Shown here: one piece after another, positions 1 through 6,543 of the stretch | How positions within the stretch are numbered: the first letter of the stretch is position 1 | Layout of the letters: each line of letters begins with the position of its first letter | Assembly: GCA_028700905.1 (NCBI GenBank) | Contig: JAQVRT010000011.1 | Span: 1 to 14,988, forward strand | Reading direction: 5' to 3' | Source of the DNA: Candidatus Iainarchaeum sp. | GTDB lineage: Archaea; Iainarchaeota; Iainarchaeia; Iainarchaeales; CSSED10-239 | Length of the DNA: 14,988 nucleotides | Notes under the pieces: model-generated | What the model was told of the DNA's origin: nothing | What the model saw: the letters and a program-made list of their open reading frames with translations, nothing else | The model's database searches: none | Program-made: the position numbers and the translations under genes

Positions 1-330
1 ACAAAACACATGATTACTTTAGCAAAAACATTTTCAAAAACTAAAATGGCTTTAATCTTTTATATTCCAACAAAAGAAAAAACTTTTCAATTAGGGGGCG
101 GAGATTTAGTTATTCCTTTAGTTGTAGCTTCTTCTTTTTATTTCTTTTTAATTTCTAAACTAACATTATTTTGTTCTCTTCTTTATGTTTCTTTAGTTTT
201 ACTTTCTTCTCTTTTAGGTTTATTTTTAACATTTTATCTTTTAAAAAAATATAAGTTCAAGGCAATGCCTGCTCTTCCTTTGCAAGCTTTGTTTATGATT
301 ATTGTTATGGTTGTTTTAATTAGTTTTTAA
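1..330 (+). CDS. Presenilin / signal-peptide-peptidase-like (peptidase A22) intramembrane aspartyl protease, C-terminal part; the 5' end lies outside the window
   Basis: Frame 1 is open from base 1 (T-K-H precede the first ATG at 10). The translation is hydrophobic and multi-TM. It carries the family signature pair: a GxGD-type motif 'QLGGGDLVIPLVV', then about 55 aa later a PAL motif 'AMPALPLQ' near the C-terminus. Stop TAA at 328-330. Confidence 0.6.
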   Translation, partial: TKHMITLAKTFSKTKMALIFYIPTKEKTFQLGGGDLVIPLVVASSFYFFLISKLTLFCSLLYVSLVLLSSLLGLFLTFYLLKKYKFKAMPALPLQALFMIIVMVVLISF

Positions 331-719
331 TTATATTTTATTTTCTTTTTAGGGTTTGCAATTTTTAAGTTTTTAAAAACTTCTTTTGCATTTTCATTTC
401 CTTGAAGATATGTTTCTAGAGAAATATCTTGTGTTATACCTCTTTTTGATAAAAGTGTTATAAAATCACCAATATACATTTCTGCAAATTTAGCTGCAGA
501 TGAAAGGGTGTATTTTTCTTCAACAAAAAGTTTTATTGCAAGTTCTTTTTTTATTTCTAGCATTCCTTTTTTTATAGATTGTCTATATATTATTGATTTA
601 TCTATGTTTTCTATATTTGAAATATCAATGATCTTTTTTTCGATTTCTTCTTCTATTCTTAAGCTTATTAATTTTGATTTCATTTTTTCACCTATTAAAT
701 ATTTTATAATATTTTTCAA
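327..719 (-). CDS. Putative antitoxin: ribbon-helix-helix (CopG-like) N-terminal domain fused to a UPF0175/COG2886-type HTH domain
   Basis: 'KLISLRIEEEIEKKIIDISNIENIDKSIIYRQSIKKGM' fits the RHH strand-helix-helix pattern. 'ELAIKLFVEEKYTLSSAAKFAEMYIGDFITLLSKRGI' fits the UPF0175 pattern. An alternative start at the Met at 683 (MKSKLIS..) would leave a 4-nt gap after the PIN stop instead of a 32-nt overlap. It sits immediately downstream of the PIN gene on the same strand. Confidence 0.6.
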   Translation of the reverse strand: MKNIIKYLIGEKMKSKLISLRIEEEIEKKIIDISNIENIDKSIIYRQSIKKGMLEIKKELAIKLFVEEKYTLSSAAKFAEMYIGDFITLLSKRGITQDISLETYLQGNENAKEVFKNLKIANPKKKIKYN

Positions 720-1188
720 TTATTTCTTTTTTAAAAAACCCATTCTTAATTAATATATTAAAAGAGTTTATTGTTTGCTCTTTATTAATTATTTTTAAGT
801 CAAATAACATTTTCAAAATAGCTAATATTGGTAAATATTTTATATTTAATAAAATACATACATTTATTCCTTTTTTATCATCAATTAAAATAGGATAATT
901 TTTTTGTTTTGCAAGTGCAATTGCATGTAGTTCTCCTTCTCCTAATTTTGAAATATATTTTATATTTTCTATATTTGTTTTATTTGGATTTTCTATAATT
1001 ATTTTATTTTCAAAAACTAATTTTTCTATAATAAACGCATCTTTTTTATTTTTGATTTTTCCTTTTAATATTTCTTGATAAACTACTTCAGGTATAATGA
1101 TTTTAGTTAAAGGTAATAGATAATTATGCAGATTTGATCTAACTAATAAAATCAAACTTGATGAGTCTCCCACAACATATATTTTCAT
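688..1188 (-). CDS. PIN-domain protein of the DUF3368/COG2405 type (putative toxin ribonuclease)
   Basis: N-terminal 'IYVVGDSSSLILL' carries the first PIN acidic residue. 'KLGEGELHAIALAKQKNYPILIDDKKG' matches the GEAEAIALA...LLDD(R/K)K signature of the DUF3368 PIN subfamily that normally pairs with UPF0175 proteins. Confidence 0.65.
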   Translation of the reverse strand: MKIYVVGDSSSLILLVRSNLHNYLLPLTKIIIPEVVYQEILKGKIKNKKDAFIIEKLVFENKIIIENPNKTNIENIKYISKLGEGELHAIALAKQKNYPILIDDKKGINVCILLNIKYLPILAILKMLFDLKIINKEQTINSFNILIKNGFFKKEIIEKYYKIFNR

Positions 1189-1446
1189 ATGTATATTTTA
1201 CTCAATCTTTTTTTAAATGTATTGCTTTTTATGTTTTTGTATTACTAATATATTTTTATAGATTTTTCAAAAAAACCAGTAGATTTATTTGATCCTATGA
1301 CTTATGGTGAATCATACGCTCCTTTTGCTAAGAAAATTGAAGAAATTGAGAAAAAATAATTTTTCATCTATATTTTTTTTAAAAGATTAATTTATAAACT
1401 GTTTATTTCATAAATATGTATTAAATGTGTTTAATCATATTTAAAT

Positions 1447-1728
1447 ATGAATTGTGATATTATGTATGAAGGATATACTGTGGTTGGCCAAAGAGGTCAA
1501 ATAACTATCCCTAAGGATATAAGAGATAAAATAAATCTTAAAGAAAAAGATAAGTTATTAGTAAGGTTAAAAGAAAATAACTTAATTGTAGAAAAAATAA
1601 AAACCAAGAAAGATATAGAAAATTTAATGGTTGAAGGTTATAAAGCCTTAGCTAAAATAAATCAAGAAACTTTAAATGATTTTAAACATGTTGACGATGA
1701 GTCTGAATCTTTAATTGGTGATTATTAA
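1447..1728 (+). CDS. mazE: AbrB/SpoVT-MazE family antitoxin
   Basis: 'VVGQRGQITIPKDIRDKINLKEKDKLLVRLKENNLIVEKI' is a typical swapped-hairpin AbrB/MazE DNA-binding fold sequence. The stop overlaps the MazF start by 1 nt (TAATG at 1726-1730). The start could instead be the Met at 1462. Confidence 0.75.
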   Translation: MNCDIMYEGYTVVGQRGQITIPKDIRDKINLKEKDKLLVRLKENNLIVEKIKTKKDIENLMVEGYKALAKINQETLNDFKHVDDESESLIGDY

Positions 1729-2066
1729 TGGATATTAAAAAAGGAGAAATCTATCTAATTAATTTAGATCCTGTAATTGATTCTGAGCAAGGAAAAACTA
1801 GACCTTGCTTAATCATACAAAATAATATTGGTAATAAATATTCTCAAAATACAATTATTGCCTCTATAACTTCAAAGATAGATAAAGAATATCCCTTTCT
1901 AGTTAAAATAGATAAGGGGGTAGCTAATCTCCCAAAAGATAGTTTTGTGCAGTTAGATCAGATTAGAACTATTTCTGTTAAAAGAATTATTAAAAAAATA
2001 GGTTCTTTGCCAAAGGATATTATGCTAAAAATAAATGTTGCTTTAAAAAATAGTTTAGATTTATAG
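1728..2066 (+). CDS. mazF: MazF/PemK family endoribonuclease toxin
   Basis: 'KGEIYLINLDPVIDSEQGKTRPCLIIQNN...NTIIASITSKI...FLVKID...LPKDSFVQLDQIRTISVKRI..KIGSLP' matches the PemK/MazF consensus along its whole length. It is translationally coupled to the upstream AbrB-type gene. Confidence 0.85.
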   Translation: MDIKKGEIYLINLDPVIDSEQGKTRPCLIIQNNIGNKYSQNTIIASITSKIDKEYPFLVKIDKGVANLPKDSFVQLDQIRTISVKRIIKKIGSLPKDIMLKINVALKNSLDL

Positions 2067-2105
2067 CTATTTCTTACTTTTTAAACCTCTTTCTACTTAA
2101 TAATA

Positions 2106-2113
2106 TTTATAAA
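2106..2113 (+). promoter_or_regulatory. Candidate archaeal TATA box (TTTATAAA) for the aIF2-beta operon
   Basis: TTTATAAA ends 23 nt upstream of the ATG at 2137. This is consistent with a leaderless or near-leaderless transcript. TATA-like strings are frequent by chance in DNA this AT-rich. Confidence 0.3.
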
Positions 2114-2136
2114 CACTTCTAAACATATATTATATT

Positions 2137-2574
2137 ATGGTAAACAATGAAAAAGTAAAAGATAATTCTTTAGATTATAATTCTTTATTAGATAGACTTT
2201 ACATGTCTCTTCCAACAAAAACATTAGAAGACACAAGGTTTGAACTTCCTACAGTTGACTCTATAGTCCAAGGTAAACAAACTATTTGGAAGAACTTTTC
2301 AAAATGTGCAAAAGATTTAAAAAGAGAAGAATTACAAATGTATAAGTTTGTAATGAAAGAAATCTCTACATCTTCAACTATTGTTAATGGTACTTTAGTA
2401 TTAAACGGTATTTTTAATAATCAAAAAATGAATCAAATTTTAGAAAAATATTTGAAATTTTTTGTGCTTTGTTCTGCATGTAAAAAACCAGATACAGAGA
2501 TTGTAGTTCAAAATAATGTTAAGATATTAAAATGTACAGCTTGTGGAGCAATAAGCCCATTACCTAAGTTATAA
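2137..2574 (+). CDS. eif2b: Translation initiation factor aIF2 subunit beta
   Basis: Length of 145 aa is typical. There is a central eIF2-beta/eIF5 domain ('ELPTVDSIVQGKQTIWKNF....L.RE..Q.YKF...E') and a C-terminal C4 zinc ribbon 'VLCSACKKPDTEIVVQNNVKILKCTACGA'. Confidence 0.9.
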   Translation: MVNNEKVKDNSLDYNSLLDRLYMSLPTKTLEDTRFELPTVDSIVQGKQTIWKNFSKCAKDLKREELQMYKFVMKEISTSSTIVNGTLVLNGIFNNQKMNQILEKYLKFFVLCSACKKPDTEIVVQNNVKILKCTACGAISPLPKL

Positions 2575-2605
2575 ATCTTAAGTTTTTAAAATAAAGGTAC
2601 TTTTT

Positions 2606-2896
2606 ATGATTGGTAAAATACATGATGTGAGTGGAAATAAAATTTTTGCATCTTGTGATAAATCTTTAGTTGGGAAAACAATTATTACAGAGGATTTTGA
2701 AATTTATTTTTCTGAATCTTTTTATGGTGATAGATTACTTTCTAAAGAAGAAATTTTAAAGTATATTGATGGTTGTCATTCTGCAAATATTTTTGGAGAA
2801 AAAATCTGCAATTTACTTTTAGAGGAAAAAATAATTGTTAAAGAATCAATTATTTATATTGAAAAAATTCCTCATGTTCAAATTTATAAAGTTTAG
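2606..2896 (+). CDS. DUF424-family small archaeal protein (COG2412-like)
   Basis: The 96-aa pattern 'KIH..G.KIFASCDKSLVGKT.....FEIYFSESFYGD.LLSKEE.L..I....SANIFGE......LEEKII....I.YIEKIPHVQIY' matches the DUF424 family, which commonly sits beside aIF2-beta in archaea. Confidence 0.7.
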   Translation: MIGKIHDVSGNKIFASCDKSLVGKTIITEDFEIYFSESFYGDRLLSKEEILKYIDGCHSANIFGEKICNLLLEEKIIVKESIIYIEKIPHVQIYKV

Positions 2897-2902
2897 AGAG
2901 AA

Positions 2903-2907
2903 AGGAG
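2903..2907 (+). promoter_or_regulatory. Shine-Dalgarno-like AGGAG upstream of the aIF1A TTG start
   Basis: AGGAG lies at 2903-2907, 11 nt before the TTG at 2919. It is one of the few purine-rich GGAG motifs in an intergenic spacer of this window. Confidence 0.4.
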
Positions 2908-2918
2908 TTGATTAATTT

Positions 2919-3263
2919 TTGGAACCAAATACTGATAATACAAATATTAGATTAAAAACACCAAATAAAAAAGAACTTGAAATGTTTGGTGTGGTTACTC
3001 AATTAATGGGTGTTAATAATATTTCTATAATGTGTGAAGACGGAAAAGAAAGGATTTGTAGAATCCCTGGTAAAATGTTTAAACACATCTGGATTAAACA
3101 AGGAGATTTAGTAATTGTAAAATTATGGGATTTCCAACCTACAAAAGGAGATGTTGTTTGGAGATATTTAGGTTTCCAAGTAAATGCTCTTGAAAAACGT
3201 GGGCTTTTAAATGAAATGAATAAACACGCACAAAGTTCTACTGGAAATAGAACTAAATACTAA
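2919..3263 (+). CDS. eif1a: Translation initiation factor aIF1A (S1/OB fold)
   Basis: 'IRLKTPNKKELEMFGVVTQLMGVNNISIMCEDGKERICRIPGKMFKHIWIKQGDLVIVKLWDFQPTKGDVVWRY' matches the aIF1A/eIF1A consensus. An in-frame TAA at 2913 means the TTG at 2919 is the first possible start. The first ATG would delete the conserved N-terminal segment. Confidence 0.9.
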   Translation: MEPNTDNTNIRLKTPNKKELEMFGVVTQLMGVNNISIMCEDGKERICRIPGKMFKHIWIKQGDLVIVKLWDFQPTKGDVVWRYLGFQVNALEKRGLLNEMNKHAQSSTGNRTKY

Positions 3264-3265
3264 GG

Positions 3266-4015
3266 ATGTCTTTTAAGATGATTGAAAAAAGAAAAGTTGA
3301 AGGTTATGTGTTTGATAATAGAACACATGAAGCTATTTTTAAACTTTCAAAGAACGGTATAATGGATACTATAGATTCTCCAATATCAAGTGGAAAAGAA
3401 GCTATAACTTTTCTTGGTTATCTAAATGATACTCCTCTTGCTTTAAAGATATATAAAGTAGAAACTTCTGATTTTAAAAACATGGATAAATACATTATTG
3501 GAGATCACAGATTTAAAAGAATCTCTAAAGATAAAAGAGAGTTATTTTTAATCTGGGCTTCAAAAGAATATAAAAATCTAACTTTGGCTTTAAGAAATAA
3601 TGTTAAGGTTCCAATTGTTATTGCAAAAGAAAAAAATATAATTGTTATGTCTTTTTTAGGTTCAAAAGACGGTATTCCTTTTCCTAAACTTTCAGAGGTG
3701 AAATTTTCTTTTGATGTGGTATATCCACAGATAATTGAAAACTATGCAAAAATGTTATATGGTGCAAAGATTGTTCATGCAGATTTTTCTGCATTTAATA
3801 TTTTAATAAATCCAGAAACAGAAGAAATTACAATTATTGATATGGGTCAAGCTGTAGTTTATAGTCATCCTTTATCTAAAGATTTTTTAAAAAGAGATAT
3901 AATTTCTATTACTGATTTTTTAAATAAAAAATTTAAAAATAAAAATATTACTTATGAATCTTTTTTAGAAGATTTAAAAATTAAAAAAGAAGAGCTTTAT
4001 GGAAGAAATAATTAG
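3266..4015 (+). CDS. rio1: RIO-type serine/threonine protein kinase (Rio1-like, no N-terminal wHTH)
   Basis: Residues follow the RIO kinase consensus order: 'ISSGKEAITF', 'ALKIYK', 'EYKNL', catalytic/metal loop 'VHADFSAFNILI' and 'IIDMGQAV'. It lies between aIF1A and a KH protein, as in many archaea. Confidence 0.85.
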   Translation: MSFKMIEKRKVEGYVFDNRTHEAIFKLSKNGIMDTIDSPISSGKEAITFLGYLNDTPLALKIYKVETSDFKNMDKYIIGDHRFKRISKDKRELFLIWASKEYKNLTLALRNNVKVPIVIAKEKNIIVMSFLGSKDGIPFPKLSEVKFSFDVVYPQIIENYAKMLYGAKIVHADFSAFNILINPETEEITIIDMGQAVVYSHPLSKDFLKRDIISITDFLNKKFKNKNITYESFLEDLKIKKEELYGRNN

Positions 4016-4565
4016 AGTTGGTCATAACAGACTTCCTGTCTTAATTGGACCAAATGGAACTGTTAAAAAACAGATTGAAAAGAAAACAAAAACAAAGATA
4101 GATATTGATTCTCATTTAGGAGAAGTTACAATTTCTTCTGATCAATCTTTTTTTGAAGTGCATACTGCAAAGAATATTATTTCTGCAATTGGAAGAGGGT
4201 TTTCTCCAGAGAATGCTTTTAATCTTTTAAAAGATGATTTTGTACTTGAAATAATTCCTCTTGAAGATTTTGTTAAAAACTCAAGACATAGACATACTCA
4301 AATAAAGGGAAGAGTTATTGGTAGAGAAGGAAGAATTAAAAAATTAATTGAAAGTAAATTTTCTTCAATTATTTCTGTTTATGGAAAAACAGTTTCAATA
4401 ATTGCATCTGAAGATAATATTAAAGATGCAAGAGATGCTGTTGAAAAAATACTTGCTGGTGCTAAACATTCAACTGTAATTAAAGCAATCAAAAGAAGTT
4501 CTCTTCTTGAAGGTTATAAAGAAGTTAAAGAAGAAGAAAAAATTGATGATATTGATTTTTCTTAA
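3999..4565 (+). CDS. KH-domain RNA-binding protein, archaeal Dim2/Pno1-like
   Basis: Two KH GXXG-type segments are present ('LIGPNGTVKKQIEKKTKTKIDID' and 'GRVIGREGRIKKLIES'). The 17-nt overlap with the RIO kinase gene implies co-translation. Confidence 0.8.
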   Translation: MEEIIRVGHNRLPVLIGPNGTVKKQIEKKTKTKIDIDSHLGEVTISSDQSFFEVHTAKNIISAIGRGFSPENAFNLLKDDFVLEIIPLEDFVKNSRHRHTQIKGRVIGREGRIKKLIESKFSSIISVYGKTVSIIASEDNIKDARDAVEKILAGAKHSTVIKAIKRSSLLEGYKEVKEEEKIDDIDFS

Positions 4566-4580
4566 AAATAAGAAATATTT

Positions 4581-5426
4581 ATGGATGCTCTAGATTTTAT
4601 AAATAGTTTAGAAAAAATATTAATTTCTGAAAAAAATAAAAGTTTAAAACTTTTTAAAAAACAAAAATCAGATAATCATAGAATTCCTATTTTTCATTTT
4701 CATACTCTTGATTATCCTAAATTATCTTCTTACTTAAATAATTTTTCTTCAAAAGAACTTAATAGTATTTTAAATGTTTATAAAACTCTTTCTTTTAATC
4801 AAAAAAATTTATTTTTACTTGCAATTGATAACAATAGTTATAATTATAAATTTTCTAAAAAAATTAATTCCTTTAATTCTCTTGAAAGAGAGCTTTGGAG
4901 GATTAAAAAAGGAATTATTCCTAAGGGGTTAATTTTTCATACTGGTTATGCAACTTGTGACGAAACTATATTTGGTTTTATTAGAGCTTTTAAACAAGAT
5001 TCTGTTTTTTCAACAAAAATAAATATTGATGGAGAAAATAGAAGAGTTTTTATAAAAACTTTTGTTGGACTTTCTAAAAATCCTTCAGAAAATTTAGGTT
5101 TTTCTCCTTTGATTTTAGATCCTAAGAGTTTTAAAATATATAATCTTGCAGGCATTTCAAATGTTTTTTCTCTAAAAGACACTTCTAAAATAAAGCTTAG
5201 TAGTAGAAGAGATTCTATTCTTTCTTTAAGAACAGATCCTAAATCTAAAAATTTAGTTCCTGCTTTAAAAGAAGAAATGAAAAATTATCTTTCAAGATTT
5301 AAAGAAAGGACTTCTTTTAAAGAAAGACATAAAGAACCATTTATTTTAAAAGAAATTAAAAAAGAATCTTTAAAAGAAAAAAAGAATCTTTTTTCAAGAA
5401 TTAAGAAAAAGTTTGTAAGAAAATAA
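4581..5426 (+). CDS. Hypothetical protein, 281 aa, with a lysine-rich C-terminal tail; no family recognised
   Basis: A long ORF in the same orientation, 16 nt after the KH gene. Composition is coding-like. The C-terminal ~60 aa are highly basic ('KERTSFKERHKEPFILKEIKKESLKEKKNLFSRIKKKFVRK'). It is followed by a perfect palindrome/terminator. Confidence 0.55.
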   Translation: MDALDFINSLEKILISEKNKSLKLFKKQKSDNHRIPIFHFHTLDYPKLSSYLNNFSSKELNSILNVYKTLSFNQKNLFLLAIDNNSYNYKFSKKINSFNSLERELWRIKKGIIPKGLIFHTGYATCDETIFGFIRAFKQDSVFSTKINIDGENRRVFIKTFVGLSKNPSENLGFSPLILDPKSFKIYNLAGISNVFSLKDTSKIKLSSRRDSILSLRTDPKSKNLVPALKEEMKNYLSRFKERTSFKERHKEPFILKEIKKESLKEKKNLFSRIKKKFVRK

Positions 5427-5477
5427 ATCATTCTTTTAAAAGAATGATTATTCTTTTAAAAAAACAATCATTTTTTA
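5426..5477 (+). terminator. Two overlapping hairpins plus a T-tract downstream of the 281-aa ORF
   Basis: A perfect 24-bp palindrome AATCATTCTTTT|AAAAGAATGATT lies at 5426-5449. A second hairpin has arms ATGATTATT (5444-5452) and AACAATCAT (5463-5471), pairing 8 of 9 bp, and is followed by TTTTTT. Confidence 0.5.
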
Positions 5478-5500
5478 AATAAAATGGTTCTATTATACTT

Positions 5501-6070
5501 ATGCTTAAAGAATGGTCTCAATATACTGGTTTTAAAGTTCTCTCTTATTTTATAGAAAATCCAAATACAAAGATTCATTTAAATGAACTTGCTAGAAAAT
5601 TAAATGTAAGTGCAAGTAGTGTTTTAAAATACTGTAATAGTTATGTTAAAGATACTGTTCTTTTTAAAGAGAAAAAATCAAATTCTGTTTTTTTTAGTCT
5701 TAATAATGATAATGTTTTTGTAAAATCTTTTAAAAAATCATATTTTATTGGAAGTATATTAAATTCTTCTTCTTTTTCTAAATTTATTGAAGAAAATAAA
5801 TCTAGTTTAGTTTCATTAATCCTTTATGGTGGATATTCTTCTGGTAATTATTCAGAAAATAGCGATGTTGATATATTAATAATTTATAATTCTGATAAGA
5901 TAAATTATAATTCAATTTTAAATCTTGAAAATGTTTTTAAAAAAGAGATTAATATAACAAAGTTATCTTTAAATCAATGGGTTAAAAAATTAAATCAAAA
6001 GGATGAATTTATAACTTCTATTTTAAATAATCATGTTTGTTTGTGGGGTGCTAATATTAATGACTCTTGA
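5501..6070 (+). CDS. Winged-HTH + minimal nucleotidyltransferase (MNT) domain protein, putative HEPN-cognate antitoxin
   Basis: N-terminal wHTH-like 'IHLNELARKLNVSASSVLKYCNSY'. NTase core 'LILYGGYSSGNYSENSDVDILIIY' fits hG[GS]x9-13 D-x-D. The 3' end overlaps the HEPN reading frame. Confidence 0.75.
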   Translation: MLKEWSQYTGFKVLSYFIENPNTKIHLNELARKLNVSASSVLKYCNSYVKDTVLFKEKKSNSVFFSLNNDNVFVKSFKKSYFIGSILNSSSFSKFIEENKSSLVSLILYGGYSSGNYSENSDVDILIIYNSDKINYNSILNLENVFKKEINITKLSLNQWVKKLNQKDEFITSILNNHVCLWGANINDS

Positions 6071-6514
6071 AGAATGTTTAGAAAAAAAATTAATTAAAAA
6101 AGACAATAATACTTTTGAAAGAATTAATGGTTCACTTAAAGTTTCAAGACATTTTTTAGAAAGAGCAGAAGGGAGTTTTAATATAGATTATTATGATACT
6201 TCTTATTTAATGTCTAATAATAGTTTATTTCATTCAGCAAGAGCTTTATTGTTTAATAAAGGATATACAGAAAGAAGCCATTATTGTTTAATAAAGGATA
6301 TACAGAAAGAAGCCATTATTGTTTAATTACTTTTTTAAAAGAAGAATATAGTAAATATCCTCAAGTTTTAAAATATTTAAATCTATTAAACATGTATAGA
6401 TCTTTTAGAGAATCAATTTAATATTCTGGAGATTTATGTTCTAAAGAAGATTCTTTAGGAATTAAAAAAAGTGCTTATGAATTTTTATCAATTGTTGAAG
6501 ATATTTTAAAATGA
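6060..6514 (+). pseudogene. HEPN-domain protein gene (COG2250/PF05168-like), disrupted by a 35-bp tandem duplication and an in-frame TAA
   Basis: From the ATG at 6060: 'MTLEECLEKKL...SLFHSARALLFNKGYTERSHYCLI' is HEPN-like, and then the frame breaks. Removing one 35-bp repeat copy continues the protein as '..YCLITFLKEEYSKYPQVLKYLNLLNMYRSFRESI*YSGDLCSKEDSLGIKKSAYEFLSIVEDILK*' in the frame of codon 6317, ending at TGA 6512-6514. The TAA at 6419-6421 falls inside the conserved R-x4-Y segment. Confidence 0.7.
6246..6327. repeat. 35-bp perfect tandem duplication (2 full copies plus a 12-bp partial third copy)
   Basis: TTATTGTTTAATAAAGGATATACAGAAAGAAGCCA occurs at 6246-6280 and identically at 6281-6315. 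TTATTGTTTAAT recurs at 6316-6327. The unit length is not a multiple of 3. Confidence 0.95.
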
Positions 6515-6543
6515 TTGTTCTCTTTAAAAAAAACAATCATTTT
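6508..6543. terminator. Hairpin between the convergent HEPN remnant and the AsnB-Dph6 gene (candidate bidirectional terminator)
   Basis: Arms AAAATGATTGTT (6508-6519) and AACAATCATTTT (6532-6543) form a 12-bp perfect stem with a 12-nt loop. A-rich and T-rich runs flank it. The stop codons of both convergent reading frames lie inside the stem arms (TGA 6512-6514 on plus; TCA 6537-6539, read as TGA, on minus). Confidence 0.5.

Noticed and set aside
508-753. 81-aa plus-strand ORF
   Set aside because: It lies antisense to the well-supported RHH-UPF0175 and PIN genes. The translation is low-complexity (F/I/S-rich), as expected from shadow frames in AT-rich DNA.
4946-5182. 78-aa minus-strand ORF inside the 281-aa hypothetical gene
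   Set aside because: It is an antisense shadow ORF with no motifs. The plus-strand ORF is far longer and sits in operon context.
6033-6326. The track's 97-aa ORF taken at face value as an intact small HEPN protein starting at 6033
   Set aside because: The first 9 codons (MFVCGVLIL) are just the overlap with the MNT 3' end, so the ATG at 6060 is the likelier start. The C-terminus 'KDIQKEAIIV*' is the frameshifted read of the duplicated 35-bp unit, not native sequence.
6246-6327. Direct repeats as a possible mini-CRISPR array
   Set aside because: The copies are directly abutting with no spacers. The repeat is ordinary coding sequence of the HEPN gene, and there are no cas genes nearby.
6419-6421. 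TAA inside the HEPN frame as a recoded (sense or read-through) codon
   Set aside because: TAA terminates many conserved genes in this window at their expected lengths (aIF2-beta, aIF1A, acs and the KH protein, among others). Stop-codon reassignment is therefore unlikely, and a nonsense mutation in an already frameshifted gene is the simpler reading.
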